From: Eledone cirrhosa
Taxonomy: Eukaryota
Reading direction: 5' to 3'
DNA length: 64,000 bases
Assembly: GCA_964016885.1 (NCBI GenBank)
Contig: OZ024741.1
Location: 101,866,001-101,930,000, forward strand
Shown: positions 29,573-43,768 of the stretch, in pieces
Layout of the letters: every line of letters starts with the position of its first letter
How positions within the stretch are numbered: position 1 is the first letter of the stretch
The notes under the pieces: model-generated
The model's database searches: none
Seen by the model: only the letters and a program-made list of their open reading frames with translations
Told to the model about the DNA's origin: nothing
Program-made: the position numbers and the translations under genes

Positions 29573-29839
29573 AATATATGAACAACCATCCGGTTGTGGA
29601 ACCAACCAACCAACCGGAAATATATACATTTTTTAAATTTATAATTTAATTCATAATAAATTGGTATGAAAGCAACTGGTGCGTGTGTTTCTTATTGGAA
29701 ACATGACCCTCCCAAAGTATAATATATATATATATCCAGGGAGTGTAACGCGGAGTTACTGTAGGTTCACCCAGGTGAGCACTCGAGGTTTAGGTTCACG
29801 TCAATATCGAGGTGTAGAGCTAGACAGAATGTAATATAA

Positions 29840-30051
29840 TAATACAAGGACGAGTGGTTACTCCTTCATTACGTTTATTGGTTGATGACGCGCGTTTTGT
29901 TACTGATCAGCTCATGGTTCGATCTGTATCGATCTAGCCCGACTCTGGAATCAAAAGCTCGTCGGACCTCTGTAGCAGTAATGACAGAATCTGTTATTAC
30001 TACTACGTCACCAACCAATAAACGTAATGAAGGAGTAAACACTCGTCCTAG

Positions 30052-30056
<5 letters not shown>
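29840..30056. mobile_element. Fold-back PLE terminus remnant with decayed hammerhead (minus, 29884-29968)
   Basis: ~50-bp inverted arms 29840-29890 / 30005-30056; ggt-CCGACGA-...-AAAA-cgcgcg-TC-atc on minus. Confidence 0.6.
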
Positions 30057-30123
<67 letters not shown>

Positions 30124-30195
30124 GTTTATGTATAATAAACATACGCAAGTCTCATTGTGATCATGTCACATCTATTACGGTAACCACGTAAGAAC

Positions 30196-30240
30196 TCAAA
30201 ATGCTATAGCATTTCAGGATCATTAATCCATCATCAGTGA
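30196..30240 (-). ncRNA. Minimal hammerhead ribozyme motif
   Basis: tca-CTGATGA-t ggatt aat gatcc t-GAAA-tgc tata gca-TT-(t)tga. Confidence 0.6.
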
Positions 30241-30647
30241 TGTTTATCCACTCGATACTGAGACAAGAAAGCTAAAGCTTCGTATGTATTTATACAAATG
30301 GATTTATAAAATTAATACATTTATGGAGATGTTTATTTGCATATAAACTTATGATCATCGACATCCCTCGCTCCCTCACACACACACATGCCTATACACA
30401 CAGATAAATAAGCATTTCTAAATCTTGGTATGCAATCTAAAATATTCAATGCCGTCATCTCATCCAATTACAATGTGTTCATTAAACCTTTGGCTCTGGC
30501 TTCAACATCAATTTCTTACTGGTCTAATGAAGTCATCAACACACCAACTAAAAAAATATTCTCAACTAGAAGGTTATGCGTTTTATTGGAATTTACTAAT
30601 AATAAATGAAATGAAATGCCTCATTTACAAGAACTAATGAATATTTG

Positions 30648-30698
<51 letters not shown>

Positions 30699-31269
30699 TA
30701 AGGAAATTAACAAAGAAAGGACAAAACAAAACAAAACGAAAAACAATTTTTTAAGAAAATAATTTTTAAAATAAATATACAAACGAGGGACACAGAACTC
30801 CATGGACATCGGTCGTTGAGATGGACTTGAGCAGTTTCGACCCCTACCAACGGCACTACTGGTCTATCCGGGGTCACAGCGTCTGACATAAGCCAATTCT
30901 GTCCAAAGGAGTAAGATACGAAAGACAAAACATTAATCTATAGCCGTTAATCTACAAAAAACATACAATTTTGTGTGACGTTAGGGAAAAATCTGTTGCC
31001 TCACATAGCACGTGAAACATGAGTGCAACAAAGAAAAAAGCAAGAAAAAAGAAAGGAAAAAAAAAAGCAAGAAGAAAGTAAGATATCATGTTAGAAAATG
31101 TAAGCCAATAAATGGGGAGAAGAGAAAAACACGTTCGCCAAATTAGTAGATAAACTTAAGAAAATCATTTAAAAGTGTGAGACAAGACGAGTTGGAGAGA
31201 CCTCATGATGCTCATAAGTTCAATCCTTTGGCATGGTTTCTACGGTTGTGAAATATCCATATAGATATA

Positions 31270-32500
31270 GTAGGATAGTAGGCATGCGTCAGTCTTGGGA
31301 GATTATGGAGTTGTGCACTAGATGCTGTTTATTGCTCAGTGTCAGTTGTAGCTAGACAAATCTATTGCAGAATGGCAGCCTCTCTTATACCTTGTACAGA
31401 TAAAGTCTGATGATGGTCTGTCTGTTAGACCTTCAGTCTTCTTCCTTCACTGTTTCGCCTCTGACTGTTGGGTAAGTGTTTATTTGAAGACGAAGATGCC
31501 TTATTGCCCTGCCTGCTTCCAGGATGATCGTTCGAAGGCTATAGCTACCTTGGTGTATAGGCTGCCCCTTTGGGTTCTCAGGTCTCGTTTGAAGACAGCT
31601 TTATTGCACAAGTAGATGCACTCAGCGGAAGATCCAAATGCGTATCTCCTCAGGGCGGCAAAGAAGATTTTGAACATGGTGAGCGCGCGAACACAGCCCT
31701 GCTTTATTCCAATTCGGATCCCATAAGCGTCTTATGTTGGCTTATTAATGAGCACGGTGCCTGCTGACGAGATCAAAGGCCTTGGAAAGGGGATGTCTTT
31801 GCTTCCTACATTTCTTCTACAGTTGTTTGAGGGAGAATACTATGCGAATGGTTGACTTGTTGACAGGAAATCTATACTGTGATTTCGTTGCCTTTGTTTT
31901 TGGAAAGAGTGACGATGTTGGTATCCCTTACGTCTTGCGGAACTTCGGCTTCTTTATAACAGAGGCATAATATCTCATGCAGCTTAGTGATAATGGCGCC
32001 TTTCAGCACTTCAAGTATTAGGCATGGATACCGTCTTTGTCTGGTGATTTGTTGAGGAAAAGGGAGTCCAGAGCCTCATGGAATACTTCGAGGGCTGATT
32101 CCCTGTGGAGCTCATCTAACACAAGTAGGCATTCAATGGCATTCACTGCGTCTTTGGTAACCATGCTTTCCTGAGCAAAAAGCTCCATCTGCTGTTTCTT
32201 ATCCTGGATCCCGTCTCCTGTGGTAGAATTCAGAGGGGTGCCTCTTTGATTTCATCGTACATCCCCTTGATGTTGCCTATGTCAACTGCAGGCTGTCGGC
32301 TAAGGTTGATGAGTCCTATCTGCCGGAAGCAAATAGTTTTAAGGCGACAGTGACCTGTCTTTCGCTCCTTCTGTTAGCGGAAACAGTTCTGCCGGAATTG
32401 GAGGCTAAGCAACACGTGAAGAGCAGAGATGGATTTGACTGTCAGAGGCTATCTGTGACACACCACTTTGGAGCATTTTGTGGAACAGTGGTAGCTTATC
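31270..32500 (-). mobile_element. Heavily decayed RTE-clade LINE fragment
   Basis: Residual KSPDKDGI, PQDVRDTNIVTLSKNKG and RTE-like C-terminal peptides with many stops. Confidence 0.6.
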
Positions 32501-33656
32501 CTCACTGTCTCAAAATTCACATGTATTTATACGTATATATAGTATACGAAGGTCGATCCTGTGGTCTGTTACACTGGAATTTCCTCAGTATGTTAACAAA
32601 AGTTTTATAAAGAAGCAACAAAAAAAAAAATTACATATGATTAAAAATTAAGAGAATAGAACACATATAGAAAAATGGTTTATTGTATTCAAACTAAAAT
32701 AGAAATAATTATGTTATCTTAGGTTTTGTTATTTCCTTAGAAATAATTCTTTTTTTTTTTTTTAGGTTTTAAGTTTCCCGAGAAATAACTGCAACAAGAA
32801 TTGGTGTATTAAAATAGAATTTTCAACAATCAAACTCAATAAATATTAACTGATTTTAGTGTTCATTAATTCCTTCACTAGTGATCATGTGGACTGTTAT
32901 GATAACAAATGTAGTATCAACAACAATGGCGGCAAAACTGAAAAAGGTTAAAAAAAAGCAAAGTAACATAAAAAAAATTTAGAAACTGAAACGTCTCCAA
33001 TGATGACAAGAATAACTCTCGGAAAAAAAGATGTCTGGCGATGATTCTTACCTTCACATGGTTTCAGGCAGAAAGATTAAACTTTGAGGAAACGAAACAT
33101 GGGATAACGAACCAATAACGTATGCTGAAGTTCTTTCCAGCCAGGACCCAGAAAGGGTAGGGCCTGGGGATCTTTGAGCTAAGTTTTGTTTCAAGTACTT
33201 TGGTAAAACACAATACATTATATACATTCTTCACTATGTTTAAAGATTTCTTTCTTGCGGAATACCAATCATGGAATGGGAATAATTGTAGCTGGGGGAT
33301 TCATGGGAACATTTATTTGAATAAAAGCCTTCATTGGTCGTGAAAAGGATGGGCACAACTGTAGTGCCTACACAGTTTCTCAAAATCACACAGATTGGGA
33401 TGCGATTTCAGGATTTTTTATTTAGTTAATTTTCTAATGATGGCAGTCGTCACAATTCCTTACTTCTATATATACAGCTGCAGCAGCAACAACAACAGCA
33501 GCAACAGCAAAAAATAAAAAAATAATAATATTTGTACCAGCAAATGAAAACCACATTGCATAATGTAGTCCTAGAATGGATAGTTTGCATTTCTCAATAA
33601 TGGAAAACAGCAAAGCATGTTTCTTATAATTAGGATAAAATATATGAATGAGAGTG

Positions 33657-33741
<85 letters not shown>

Positions 33742-33744
<3 letters not shown>

Positions 33745-33833
33745 TACTCGTTCCTATTACCCACTCTACTACCCTAAGTATTGAGTACTTTGGTGCGTTA
33801 TGGTCAACCTGGTTCCTTACCACATTTCCTCCG

Positions 33834-33836
<3 letters not shown>
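33742..33836 (+). mobile_element. Tail-only PLE fragment between (TA)n tracts
   Basis: Reverse complement of 46692-46785. Confidence 0.8.
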
Positions 33837-33900
<64 letters not shown>

Positions 33901-34100
33901 AAGAAAGAAAGAGAAAGAGAGAAATAAAGAAAAAGGGAAAAAAGAAAGAAAGAGAGAAGAGAGAAATATAGAGACCGATATATTTGATTAAGATAGTGGC
34001 TAGCCGTGGAGCACACATACTAGTGGGAAAAATATTGTTAAGGGTGATGGCGCTGTTAGTTTGAAGTGCCTGGAGATGATTTTCAAGTTGTATGTATGTT

Positions 34101-34284
34101 TATAAAATGAGAAAACTCATCGCAATAACAGCCGTTAAAACTGCTAAATGCTGTCAAAGACAGTGATGGGAAAAAGTACTCTGTTGACCACTGACCGCTG
34201 GTCTCTGTCGTCTGAGGTATTTTTGCCCATTACTGTCTTTGAGAGCATTTAACAGTTTTTGTGATGAGTTCTTTCATTTTTATA
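34101..34284. repeat. Imperfect long hairpin, MITE-like
   Basis: aaaatgagaaaactcatc..aaaactgctaaatgctgtcaaagacagtgatggg / cccattactgtctttgagagcatttaacagttttt..gatgagttctttcatttt. Confidence 0.7.
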
Positions 34285-34758
34285 TGTATTCAAATACACT
34301 TTCGCTACATCTCAATCAGAGACACCATTGTTTTAATTATATGGTGATGATTTGGTGGAGTGGAAAAGGGCAGTTTTGGTGGAGCTTTGCTGGATTAATG
34401 TAAAGTAGAATTGAATGGAAAGCGGGCATCAAACCCGGAAGCTTCATTTTCTGTGATACAACCTTACGGAACCATCTCACTTGAGGATTAGTAGGTAAAA
34501 TGATTCCGCAAAGTTTGGAAAGATCTTATGTTTAGAAATCAAACCAACAGGCTGAGGATAGGGAGTGCAAAATGAGTGCAGCACGTGGAGTGCATGGAGG
34601 AATACTTTTTTCTTTTCGTAGTATGCAGTAATACTACACGAATTTTAGTGCACGTGGTAGAGTTATGAGGATGTTCGGCTCTCGATCATATGGTCGTGTG
34701 TCTTGTGCAAGACATTATTTCACGTTGCCCCAGTCCACTCAGTTGTCAATAATGAATA

Positions 34759-34864
34759 TCTTCTTCTTCTTCTTCTTCTTCTTCTTCTTCTTCTTCTTCT
34801 TCTTCTTCTTCTTCTTCTTCTTCTTCTTCTTCTTCTTCTTCTTCTTCTTCTTCTTCTTCTTCTT
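34759..34864. repeat. (TTC)n microsatellite
   Basis: Direct reading. Confidence 0.98.
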
Positions 34865-36108
34865 TGGAGGGGGTCGTAGGGGCAGAAAGTCTCCAAGCAT
34901 GACCAGCCGAGATCAAGGGTGTTATCCAAAATCTAGCTCTAGCTTTCCCTGTAAAATCTGCCCAGCGATTCTTTCCTTAAAAATTCTAACCACATGTTCG
35001 TAATATCAGAGTTGTAATTTCTCGATTCGGAGAAGTAGCGACTCTACATGGAGAGACTCCCTGATCCCTGAACTATGCACTCCATCGAGTAACGTTTGAG
35101 GAGCCTCATCTCGGCGGGCTGTATTTGCGATGGTATTCTTTCGGTGAAAAATGTATATGTATTGTACCTATAGTTCAAAGATTCGGTCTTGTTACACACT
35201 GTAAGGTGCTAAATCTCATTGAGTACCAAGTTAAGGGTGCTCGGCCACTTGCATGTCAATTTCACGAGCAGGTTTTTCTGTTGGCCTTTTTCTGTTAGTC
35301 AAACAACTGAGACGCTAGTCGTCGGAACCGACGGAGGTCCAATACACACACACGAGTTGCTTTTGTGAGAAAACGCCAGCCTGTTACTAGAGGAGGTATT
35401 TTCAATATGGTATGCATGTAAATATATTATGTGCCAGTGATTCGTTAACACAAACTGGACTTTATTTTAAATATATTTTTGCTTTTATTTTTGTATTGGG
35501 ATTCAATGCAGCACTTCGAATTGATTACATTGATGCTGGAAATACAGTTTTGATCGCTTCCATCATCATCATTATTATTATTCCATCATATTACCAAAGA
35601 GCAAATACGGTTTGCTATTTAGTAATCATTCCAGTCATGGAATGAAGTTCTTCTATAAAATCTCTTTTATTCTAACATATTTCATTTGGTATTTTCTTGT
35701 TTCCAGTAATATAGCGTCTAAATCTAATTTTTCTATTATAAGGCCAATTTTCTACTCGGCCAACCTGCTTCGGCAAATCGACAAGCAAAATGGCTGTCCT
35801 GGCATTTCCCAAGAGAGTTGCCATAACTGTTTGATATTCATACTATAAATACAAGACATGGTTTATGTTGGTAACAAAGATATAATTGCTGTAGCGAATT
35901 AATAGGAGTTTTAAAGCTCCAATTGATGGAGAGACACCAACAATAACAAGAAATATGTTATACCACGTTAATTAGAAATAATTCTTTTCTGTGAAATATT
36001 CCATTTTCAGTTGAGCTCACCATTGCTTTGTCTTTATCAATCTATAGATATAACTTACACTCTCACTCTCTCTCCACACACACACGCACACACACACACA
36101 CACACGCG

Positions 36109-36192
<84 letters not shown>

Positions 36193-36385
36193 AAATGTAA
36201 ACAAAAAGCAAAGAACACTGTACAATGAAGAAATGTATTAGATTAACGCTTGAAATAATAGGAAAAGAGTCTTAGGGTTTCGGATACTAGTCCTTCATTA
36301 GAAGATAGAATGAGAAATATAAGATGAAATAGAAAGAGAAAGAATGAGAAGAGGAAGGAAAAGAAAACATTGAGAAAAAATACAT

Positions 36386-36452
<67 letters not shown>

Positions 36453-36668
36453 TGCGTGTGTGTGTATTGGGGGTGTGTGTATTGTGGTGTGTGTATGTGT
36501 GTGCGTGTGAGTGCTTAGGCCTTTCTCTAGCTCCCCAGTGACTACCGAACCCACCACAATTCATTACAAATACCAACAACCAGTGATAATCCCCCACCTA
36601 TGAATCTTCGACAATTTCTCCATCAAACATAGCATCACCCTTTTCTTCTATGGATGTATGTATGTATG

Positions 36669-37462
36669 TTGTTCTTCTTTTTGGTAAATATCATCTTGGT
36701 TAAGAGAGTGGGACTGGCTTTGTGCAGTGCCTTTGCTCACTATAAAAGCTTCACGGCACAGGCATTGCTTTATATCTGGATATCTCTCTGCACTTGTCGT
36801 CACATGGTACCATGGGCCCAGCACTATGTGTCAATAATTGTCACAAGTGTAGTGTTTGTACCAGAGTTTTCAAGTCACTGGCTGGAATAAAAAGTCACTC
36901 GTTCAGCGCATCGGTAGGGGTTCTCCTACATGGATATAAAGTAGTGGCCGTACTCGAAAACGAGTTGGCAGCCACCATGTATGTATGTAGTGTTTATGTG
37001 CAACCCACCAAGTTTACTTGGTGAGGAGGGTGATTTTGGACACCCTGCAGGACAAAAAACAAAACCTGACAAAGGGCGGAAGAACTCATATGAGTCAACG
37101 CCTATCCAAAAGTGTGTAAATATGTATATATACACATGTACCGCGTGGTTAAACCACTGGGAGTGAAGGACCCCTAGCCTTTGTCAGGGCATTTTTCTAG
37201 GAGAAGGCAACTCAGGAAACTGGGATAACTCCGATATAAAACCTGCGGCTCAGTAGTTACTGATGATGTTGATCTTTTCTTCTTTTCGGGTTATAGCTAC
37301 AGTCGCTCAGAAAGTGGGATTGGCTCAGTGCACAGTCTTTCCTCACTTTAAAAAATATCTTCACGCACAGGCATTGCACGATAGAATTAATTAATAATTA
37401 TTAATAATGTTATATCGTGCAATGGCCATACTCGATAACGAGGGGGCAGCCATCATCATCAT
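36669..37462 (+). mobile_element. Two adjacent fragments of RTE-derived non-autonomous retroposons
   Basis: 36669-36985 is the reverse complement of 19084-19395; 36997-37462 is a related subfamily ending GGCAGCCATCATCATCAT. Confidence 0.65.
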
Positions 37463-37771
37463 GTGTTTATGTATGTCTATATGTATGTATGTTTTTCTAG
37501 TTTTATAATTTTATAAAGTTTTACCAATAGAGATAGAGACAGTCCGTTTTTTTACATAGACACAAGACTCTCTCATTGAAATTTAAACAACATCAACTAG
37601 GTAGATATATCTGCACGCACGCGTGTGTGCGCATATATGGATGTTATTGTATGTGTGGATGTGTATGTTTTGAGTTATATGTGTGCATGTGGATATGCTT
37701 TGGATGTGTAGATGCAGAAGTTTTGGAATGTTTTACATATTTTTACTGTTCCATTAATGGATTGTACTTGT

Positions 37772-40315
37772 AATTTCCTAACTAGTGTTCTTTCTGTTTC
37801 TGTGAAGCCCAGCTTCTCAAGATTTGTACTGAGACACTTACTAACATATTACAGTGCCCCAATAATCACAGGTATAAATCTGAAGTTATAGTCTGGGTGG
37901 AGTATCTACAGATTTCTCATTAGTTCTGCATAAATATTCTCCTTTTCGCTAATCTTTGATATTATATTGGCATCTGCTAGGCAGCTAACTTCCACTACTG
38001 TACATGCCTTATTTTGCCCCGTCCCATTTCATTATATCTGATCTGTTATGCCTGTATTTTATTGGGGGTTTTACTGGAACATTCCACCAGCACTCTTTCA
38101 TATTATGTATGTGTGTGTCTTCCAGATTGTTGTAACTTTTAATGTTTATTGCCGGAGATATCTTTTCTAGGGATTACATTGTATAGTGTTTTGGCCATTA
38201 GATCATGCCTCGTAGGTTCATAGTATCGTATTGGAAAGCTGCTTATGACATGGGTGACATCTTCGATGTTAATTCTGCAGTCTGAATTTATTGTCACATC
38301 TAAGTGTATCCCTATCTTTTTTGTGGATCAGGTATTTTGTATTGATTTCCTGTTCTTGGATTGGAAACGCATATCCTTCAAAGTGAGAGTCAATATAGCA
38401 GTTGTTGGTCCAATATAGCAGTTGTTGCTTATATACATTACTCTCACTTTGGAGTTTCCTGGCAACATATCCATGCATGATTTTTTACTGATAAGCATGC
38501 AGTTTTTCATCCATGGACTAACTGCGGTATTGCTGGACAATTTTCCTGGGTGTGAGTTTTTGATTATCATGCAGGGAGTATCTTTCAAGGAGTTCCTTCC
38601 CAACTCTAACGATCTTATCTGTCTCATGCAGACAGACTTGCTCAATAGATAGGTTCCTACGCTTCGAGGTTCGTAGATGTTGTCGGAGGGATATGATGCG
38701 ACACTCAAATGCTGTCTGGACTGATGTTAGGCCTATGCCTCCCTGCTTACGTTTCAAGTAGAGGTGGTATATGTCACTGTTGATGTGGAAGTTTCCGGTA
38801 TTGTTTAGGATTTTTCGAGTTTTAACATCAATTGCTCGGATTTCGCCTATCGTCCACTCGAGTATTCCAAACGTTGATGTTAGGACAGGCACAGCAAACA
38901 CATTGTGGGCCACAGTTTTATTGTGCGCAGAGAGTTTCGATGAGTATATTTTAATTAATCGGGTGTAATATTCCCTGGTTACGCGTTCCTTGTTACAAAT
39001 ACCATTATAGGATATATTCTCATCTATTTCCAGGTATCTGTAGCAGTCCTCGTCAGTTATTGGTGAAAGAGTTAGACCATTGCTAAAAATGTTGCTAGAT
39101 TAGGTTGTAGTTTTCCCCCGCCTTACATACATATATGAGCATTTATCTTGGTCAAACTCCATTCCTATACCCTTTGAGAACGTTGTAACCAGGTTAAGAC
39201 TTTTCTTCATCCCATTTATGTTCTTGGCCTAGTTTCAGGTCATCCACAAATAAATTATGGGTTAGTTCGTATTTCTGTCCTCCTGTAGGCCAATGATGTA
39301 TCCTTCCCATTTCTTGAGCAGAAAGGACAAGGGGTTTAATGACGAGATAAATAGTAGCACAGAGAATGTCTCCTTGAAATATACCCCTGTGATATATTTT
39401 ATCAGTGAAAGTAGAGTCCTCCTTCACTGTTTTTAACTTTAGGATAGTAGACCAAGAAGAAAACAGTTTTTCTGTGGCTATGATAATAGCGTCTGGGACT
39501 TTAGCAAGTCGGAGGACCTCTATCATCCAAGAGTGGGGAACAGAATCAAATGCTTTCCTGTAGTTCAATCAGACTGTAACCATATTTCTCTTAAGTTGTC
39601 GCACCTCTGACATCGCAGTTTTGTTGATTAGGAGTTGTTCAGCACACCCCTAAACACCTTTCTTTCCAGCTGCTTGCTCATTTGTGATGTCAATATTACT
39701 GTAACAGTGATCTTGGAGAAATAGATTCAGGAAGGCTGTGTACATTTTATAAATCAGGTTCTGGCATGCAATGGGTCTGTAGAATTTTGCCAAGTGGGTG
39801 TCATTTTTCTTGCGGACAAGTATTGTTTGTGCTAATATCAACTATTTTGGTATATGTGCATCTCCCTTGAGAGCTTGTTGGTAGAGGTTGATAAGATACA
39901 TCTGATAGAATGTCAGATTTTTGTAGCAGTAGCCGACAATCAAATCTCTTCCTTGTGTTTTCTTATCTTGGAGTTTCCCTATCACAGTCTCAAGAGTATC
40001 CTCATTTATTTCGTATGTTTTTGTTGTAGAGTAGGAGCAATAGTTCTTTTGGATTTCTTTTAGCCACACTGCATCATGGTTGAAATTCTTCTTTTCACTC
40101 CATATTTTTCTCCAGAAGGAATCTATATCTTTCTGGGGTGGGACCTCAGTGACATTTATTACTTTGCTCTTCATATCTCTATAGAGTGATGTTTGGGTTC
40201 GGCTGAATCTTTTATTAATTATTTGACTTTCAGCTACCCTCTTCAGGTAACGAAGTTTCTCGCTGACTGCTCTCAATTCTTCTTTGAGGGTGATTAGCTA
40301 TATTGAAGAGTTCTG
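37772..40315 (-). mobile_element. Decayed R4/Dong-like non-LTR retrotransposon (RT + zinc knuckle + restriction-like endonuclease)
   Basis: YRPIAC, YRKAFDSVPHSW, RGIFQGD, THNLFVDDLKL, YLKRKQGGIGL, EDVTHVISS, RHD, KENIYAEL, FIPVIIGAL; many stops/frameshifts. Confidence 0.85.
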
Positions 40316-41164
40316 ATTGTACTGTCACCAAACTTCGTTTCTATTTTATGTATGTATGTACGTATGTATTTTTGTATGTGATGTGTATTTGTGTGTGTGT
40401 GTAGTATGTGGTGAGTATTTGTGTATTTGAAGTATTTCAGCAGAGTTTCAGTCAGCCAAATTTACACTCACCCAATGTTGGTCAATGTTGGTCCATCTTT
40501 CAGGTACAGTAGACAACACTTGTCAAAAGAGTACCCTGCCACGTAATCAGATCGAACAGAGAATAACGTGGTTACGCAGAGAACGCAACTATATTTGCGA
40601 CTATTTATCTTTCACGAAATATTTTCTCCAATTCCCAGTTCTCAGATATTTCTTAAACGATTACTTATTAATCTCATGATGGAGAATGTTTCTTCTTTAA
40701 TATTTATATTATTGTGAATTACTTTATAGTTTTCATTTTTACTCCAAGGAACATTATTTTATTTCATAATTTTGCATCACTCTTATCTCAAACATCTTTA
40801 CACCACGAATTCTTTTTAAAGCCCATCTACTGAAGAAGTATTTCTTTTCCCTCATATTTATCTAAATTTCTCATTTTATTTGCAGATACATTTTTCATAC
40901 ATTATTCTGAATTTCACATAATATTGTTAAATCTCATTTTTTTTTCTCGTCGAAGATTAATGCAGTTTGTTTATTTTCGCATTAATAATATTTCTATCGA
41001 TTTCGATATTATGAACGTAGAGCGGCCAAATGCTTATGAGTTCGCATCGCAATCACAAGATCTGCATAACGTCTTGAGCATGTGCTATTTGACTTAATCT
41101 CGGGCTGATCATAGCCATGTGAATGAAATTAGATAGACGGACATTGTTTGTAAACCAGTCAAAT

Positions 41165-41378
41165 GGATTGTACCTGAAATCAAACTCGCATCACGGTACA
41201 ATTATTTCCGCTCAAAAGGCCCCGCTCTCTTTATCATTAGACCCAAACACATAAAAACAGAAACAGATCCCATAAAATTCAAAACGTCTTTGAACTAATT
41301 CCTCCAAGAAATTCCGGATAAACTCCCTACACTCGGATATGTCGCCGAAATCAACAACGCTTTACTTGAGTGGGTCAT
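41165..41378 (+). mobile_element. Possible 3' remnant of a CR1-like LINE
   Basis: Reads FKTSLN*FLQEIPDKLPTLGYVAEINNALLEW, resembling invertebrate CR1-group ORF2 C-termini. Confidence 0.4.
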
Positions 41379-41483
41379 GGTGCCCAAATCCTGATTTGAA
41401 AAATTTCGCCAGGTGGTACTGTTACGGTAGACATGGTTTGGATCAATACTGGGCGAAAACTATCAGTTATCAAAATTATATAA

Positions 41484-41546
<63 letters not shown>

Positions 41547-41917
41547 GAGATAGAGAGGGAGAGTGTGTGTATGAGAAGGAGAGAGACAGGTAGACCGGCA
41601 GACATATAGATAGGCAAATAGAAACAAATAAATAACCATATAGATAGATAAATAGATAGATGGATTGATTGTTCTTTTATCATTATCGACTCACATGATT
41701 AATTTCCTCTCCTTAAAAGTGTCAATTAATATTTTCGTTTAGATAAATAATTAGAAATATTTATTAGTTTGTTTCTTCCTTGAAACAATTTTATCATTGC
41801 TAATTTCTTTCGACAAAATATGAAAGCGAAATCTAATATTTATTCCCCTACCAAAAGTTAAAAACTCATGACAGTTTATTGCCGTCGTTCTATTAGAATA
41901 TTGTCATTGATCTGTGA

Positions 41918-42190
41918 AGGCACGTTATTTAGTGGTTATAGTGTTGGGTTAACGACCATAGGTTCGTGACATGACACATACTTCACATTCAGCTAGAAAA
42001 AAAAGAGATGTTCTGGTAATTCAAAAGACCAGCTTTTTCAGGCAATTTGTCACGCTAAATATCACTGAGAAACACATTTAGGACACACGTATCTGGGGAT
42101 TGTTCAGTCACTTGTACTTTAATTTCATGAGGAGGCAGTTCTGTTGATAAAACCACTGGCACACACATCGTCGGAACCGACAGAGGTCTA
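41918..42190 (+). mobile_element. Old tRNA-derived SINE (family 2); other decayed copies near 34650-35345, 48438-48730, 49396-49590
   Basis: tRNA-like head tagtggttatagtgtt and shared tail cacttg.a..ttaatttca.gag..gtcggaaccgac. Confidence 0.55.
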
Positions 42191-42538
42191 ACATATCTGC
42201 CACCACTACGCACATTTCCTTATTCATTTAGAACATTCTTATTGTTCTGTCAATGTCTTCCATATTGCTTTTATTAACAGTTTATAGTCAGTAACAATGC
42301 CACACATAGTCCTTCAATAATCTCATCTTACTTTCAAATTAATGGATATCACTGAAATGACTCGAGCGATGTATCTCGTCATTTTCTTATTTATTTGTTT
42401 TCATGTCACGAAGCATACGCACACACACATACACGCAAATACACACGCACACATGCAGATACATGCCCATACATGCACACACAAACACATATGCGCGGTT
42501 GCAAACACACAGATACATACTGGCATACATATGCATGC

Positions 42539-42636
<98 letters not shown>

Positions 42637-42698
42637 CCCGGGTTCAATCGGGATAACCACAGGAAGTAATGTACTCAATACATCGCAGAGTATAAATT

Positions 42699-42812
42699 TT
42701 TAATATAGAAATGGCTTCTACAGGACTAGAGCTGTTTCATTCGAAGGGCTTTCCTGATGATTTCCTTCAAATTAAACCGTTCTAGTCCTGTAGAAGCCAT
42801 TTCTATATTAAA
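42699..42812. repeat. 114-bp hairpin with perfect ~32-bp outer arms
   Basis: tttaatatagaaatggcttctacaggactaga / tctagtcctgtagaagccatttctatattaaa. Confidence 0.9.
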
Positions 42813-43290
42813 CACACACACACCCCACACACACACGCACACACACACATATATACATGCATACAAACATAATCATTCAGTAAGTGAATATACAAGCATA
42901 AATACATATACAAAGACACACGCATATATTGTATACTTATTTATCGAGAATATATTACATGCATCAAGAGGTTACAAAAACAACGTTTATGCAAAGTCAA
43001 GTAGTAAATTGAGAAATTTGAAGGATTTCATTACGCTTCCAAATGAATATTTAAAGCACGATGGCTGAAAGATAATCTTTCATAGAAAAAATTACTTCAT
43101 TACCTTACAGCCAGGACAACGACAATAAAGCAATCAAAAACATCAACACACATTCATAGACATAAACAGCATTTCTGCTAATTCATTTGGTTCTCCGATT
43201 CGTCTCCCAAAACTTATTCATTGTACTTTCTACTCTAGACTTGTTTTAAATGTTTTTGTCTGTTATTGATTTTGTACTATATATATACTC

Positions 43291-43356
<66 letters not shown>

Positions 43357-43357
43357 G

Positions 43358-43456
<99 letters not shown>

Positions 43457-43684
43457 ATATATTTAGTATATGTATGTGTGTGTATACACACACAAACACA
43501 CATATATATATATATGGGAATCGATTCCCATGTACGTCAATACTCATCTTTTTCCATTTCTCCGAGGGTTCTTAACCCCACTATCAGGCTAAATAATTTC
43601 TTTAATTTCTTTAGTCAAAATACGGTGATAGCTTACATTTCTAATAATTTCAAACCAACTTGCTGTTTCGAAAATATTCTTACT

Positions 43685-43768
<84 letters not shown>

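Noticed and set aside
32860-33420. Possible host exons on the minus strand (AG|GTAAG donor at ~33051, acceptor at ~32937)
   Set aside because: All three frames upstream of the donor contain stops and no recognisable protein; a non-coding exon cannot be excluded
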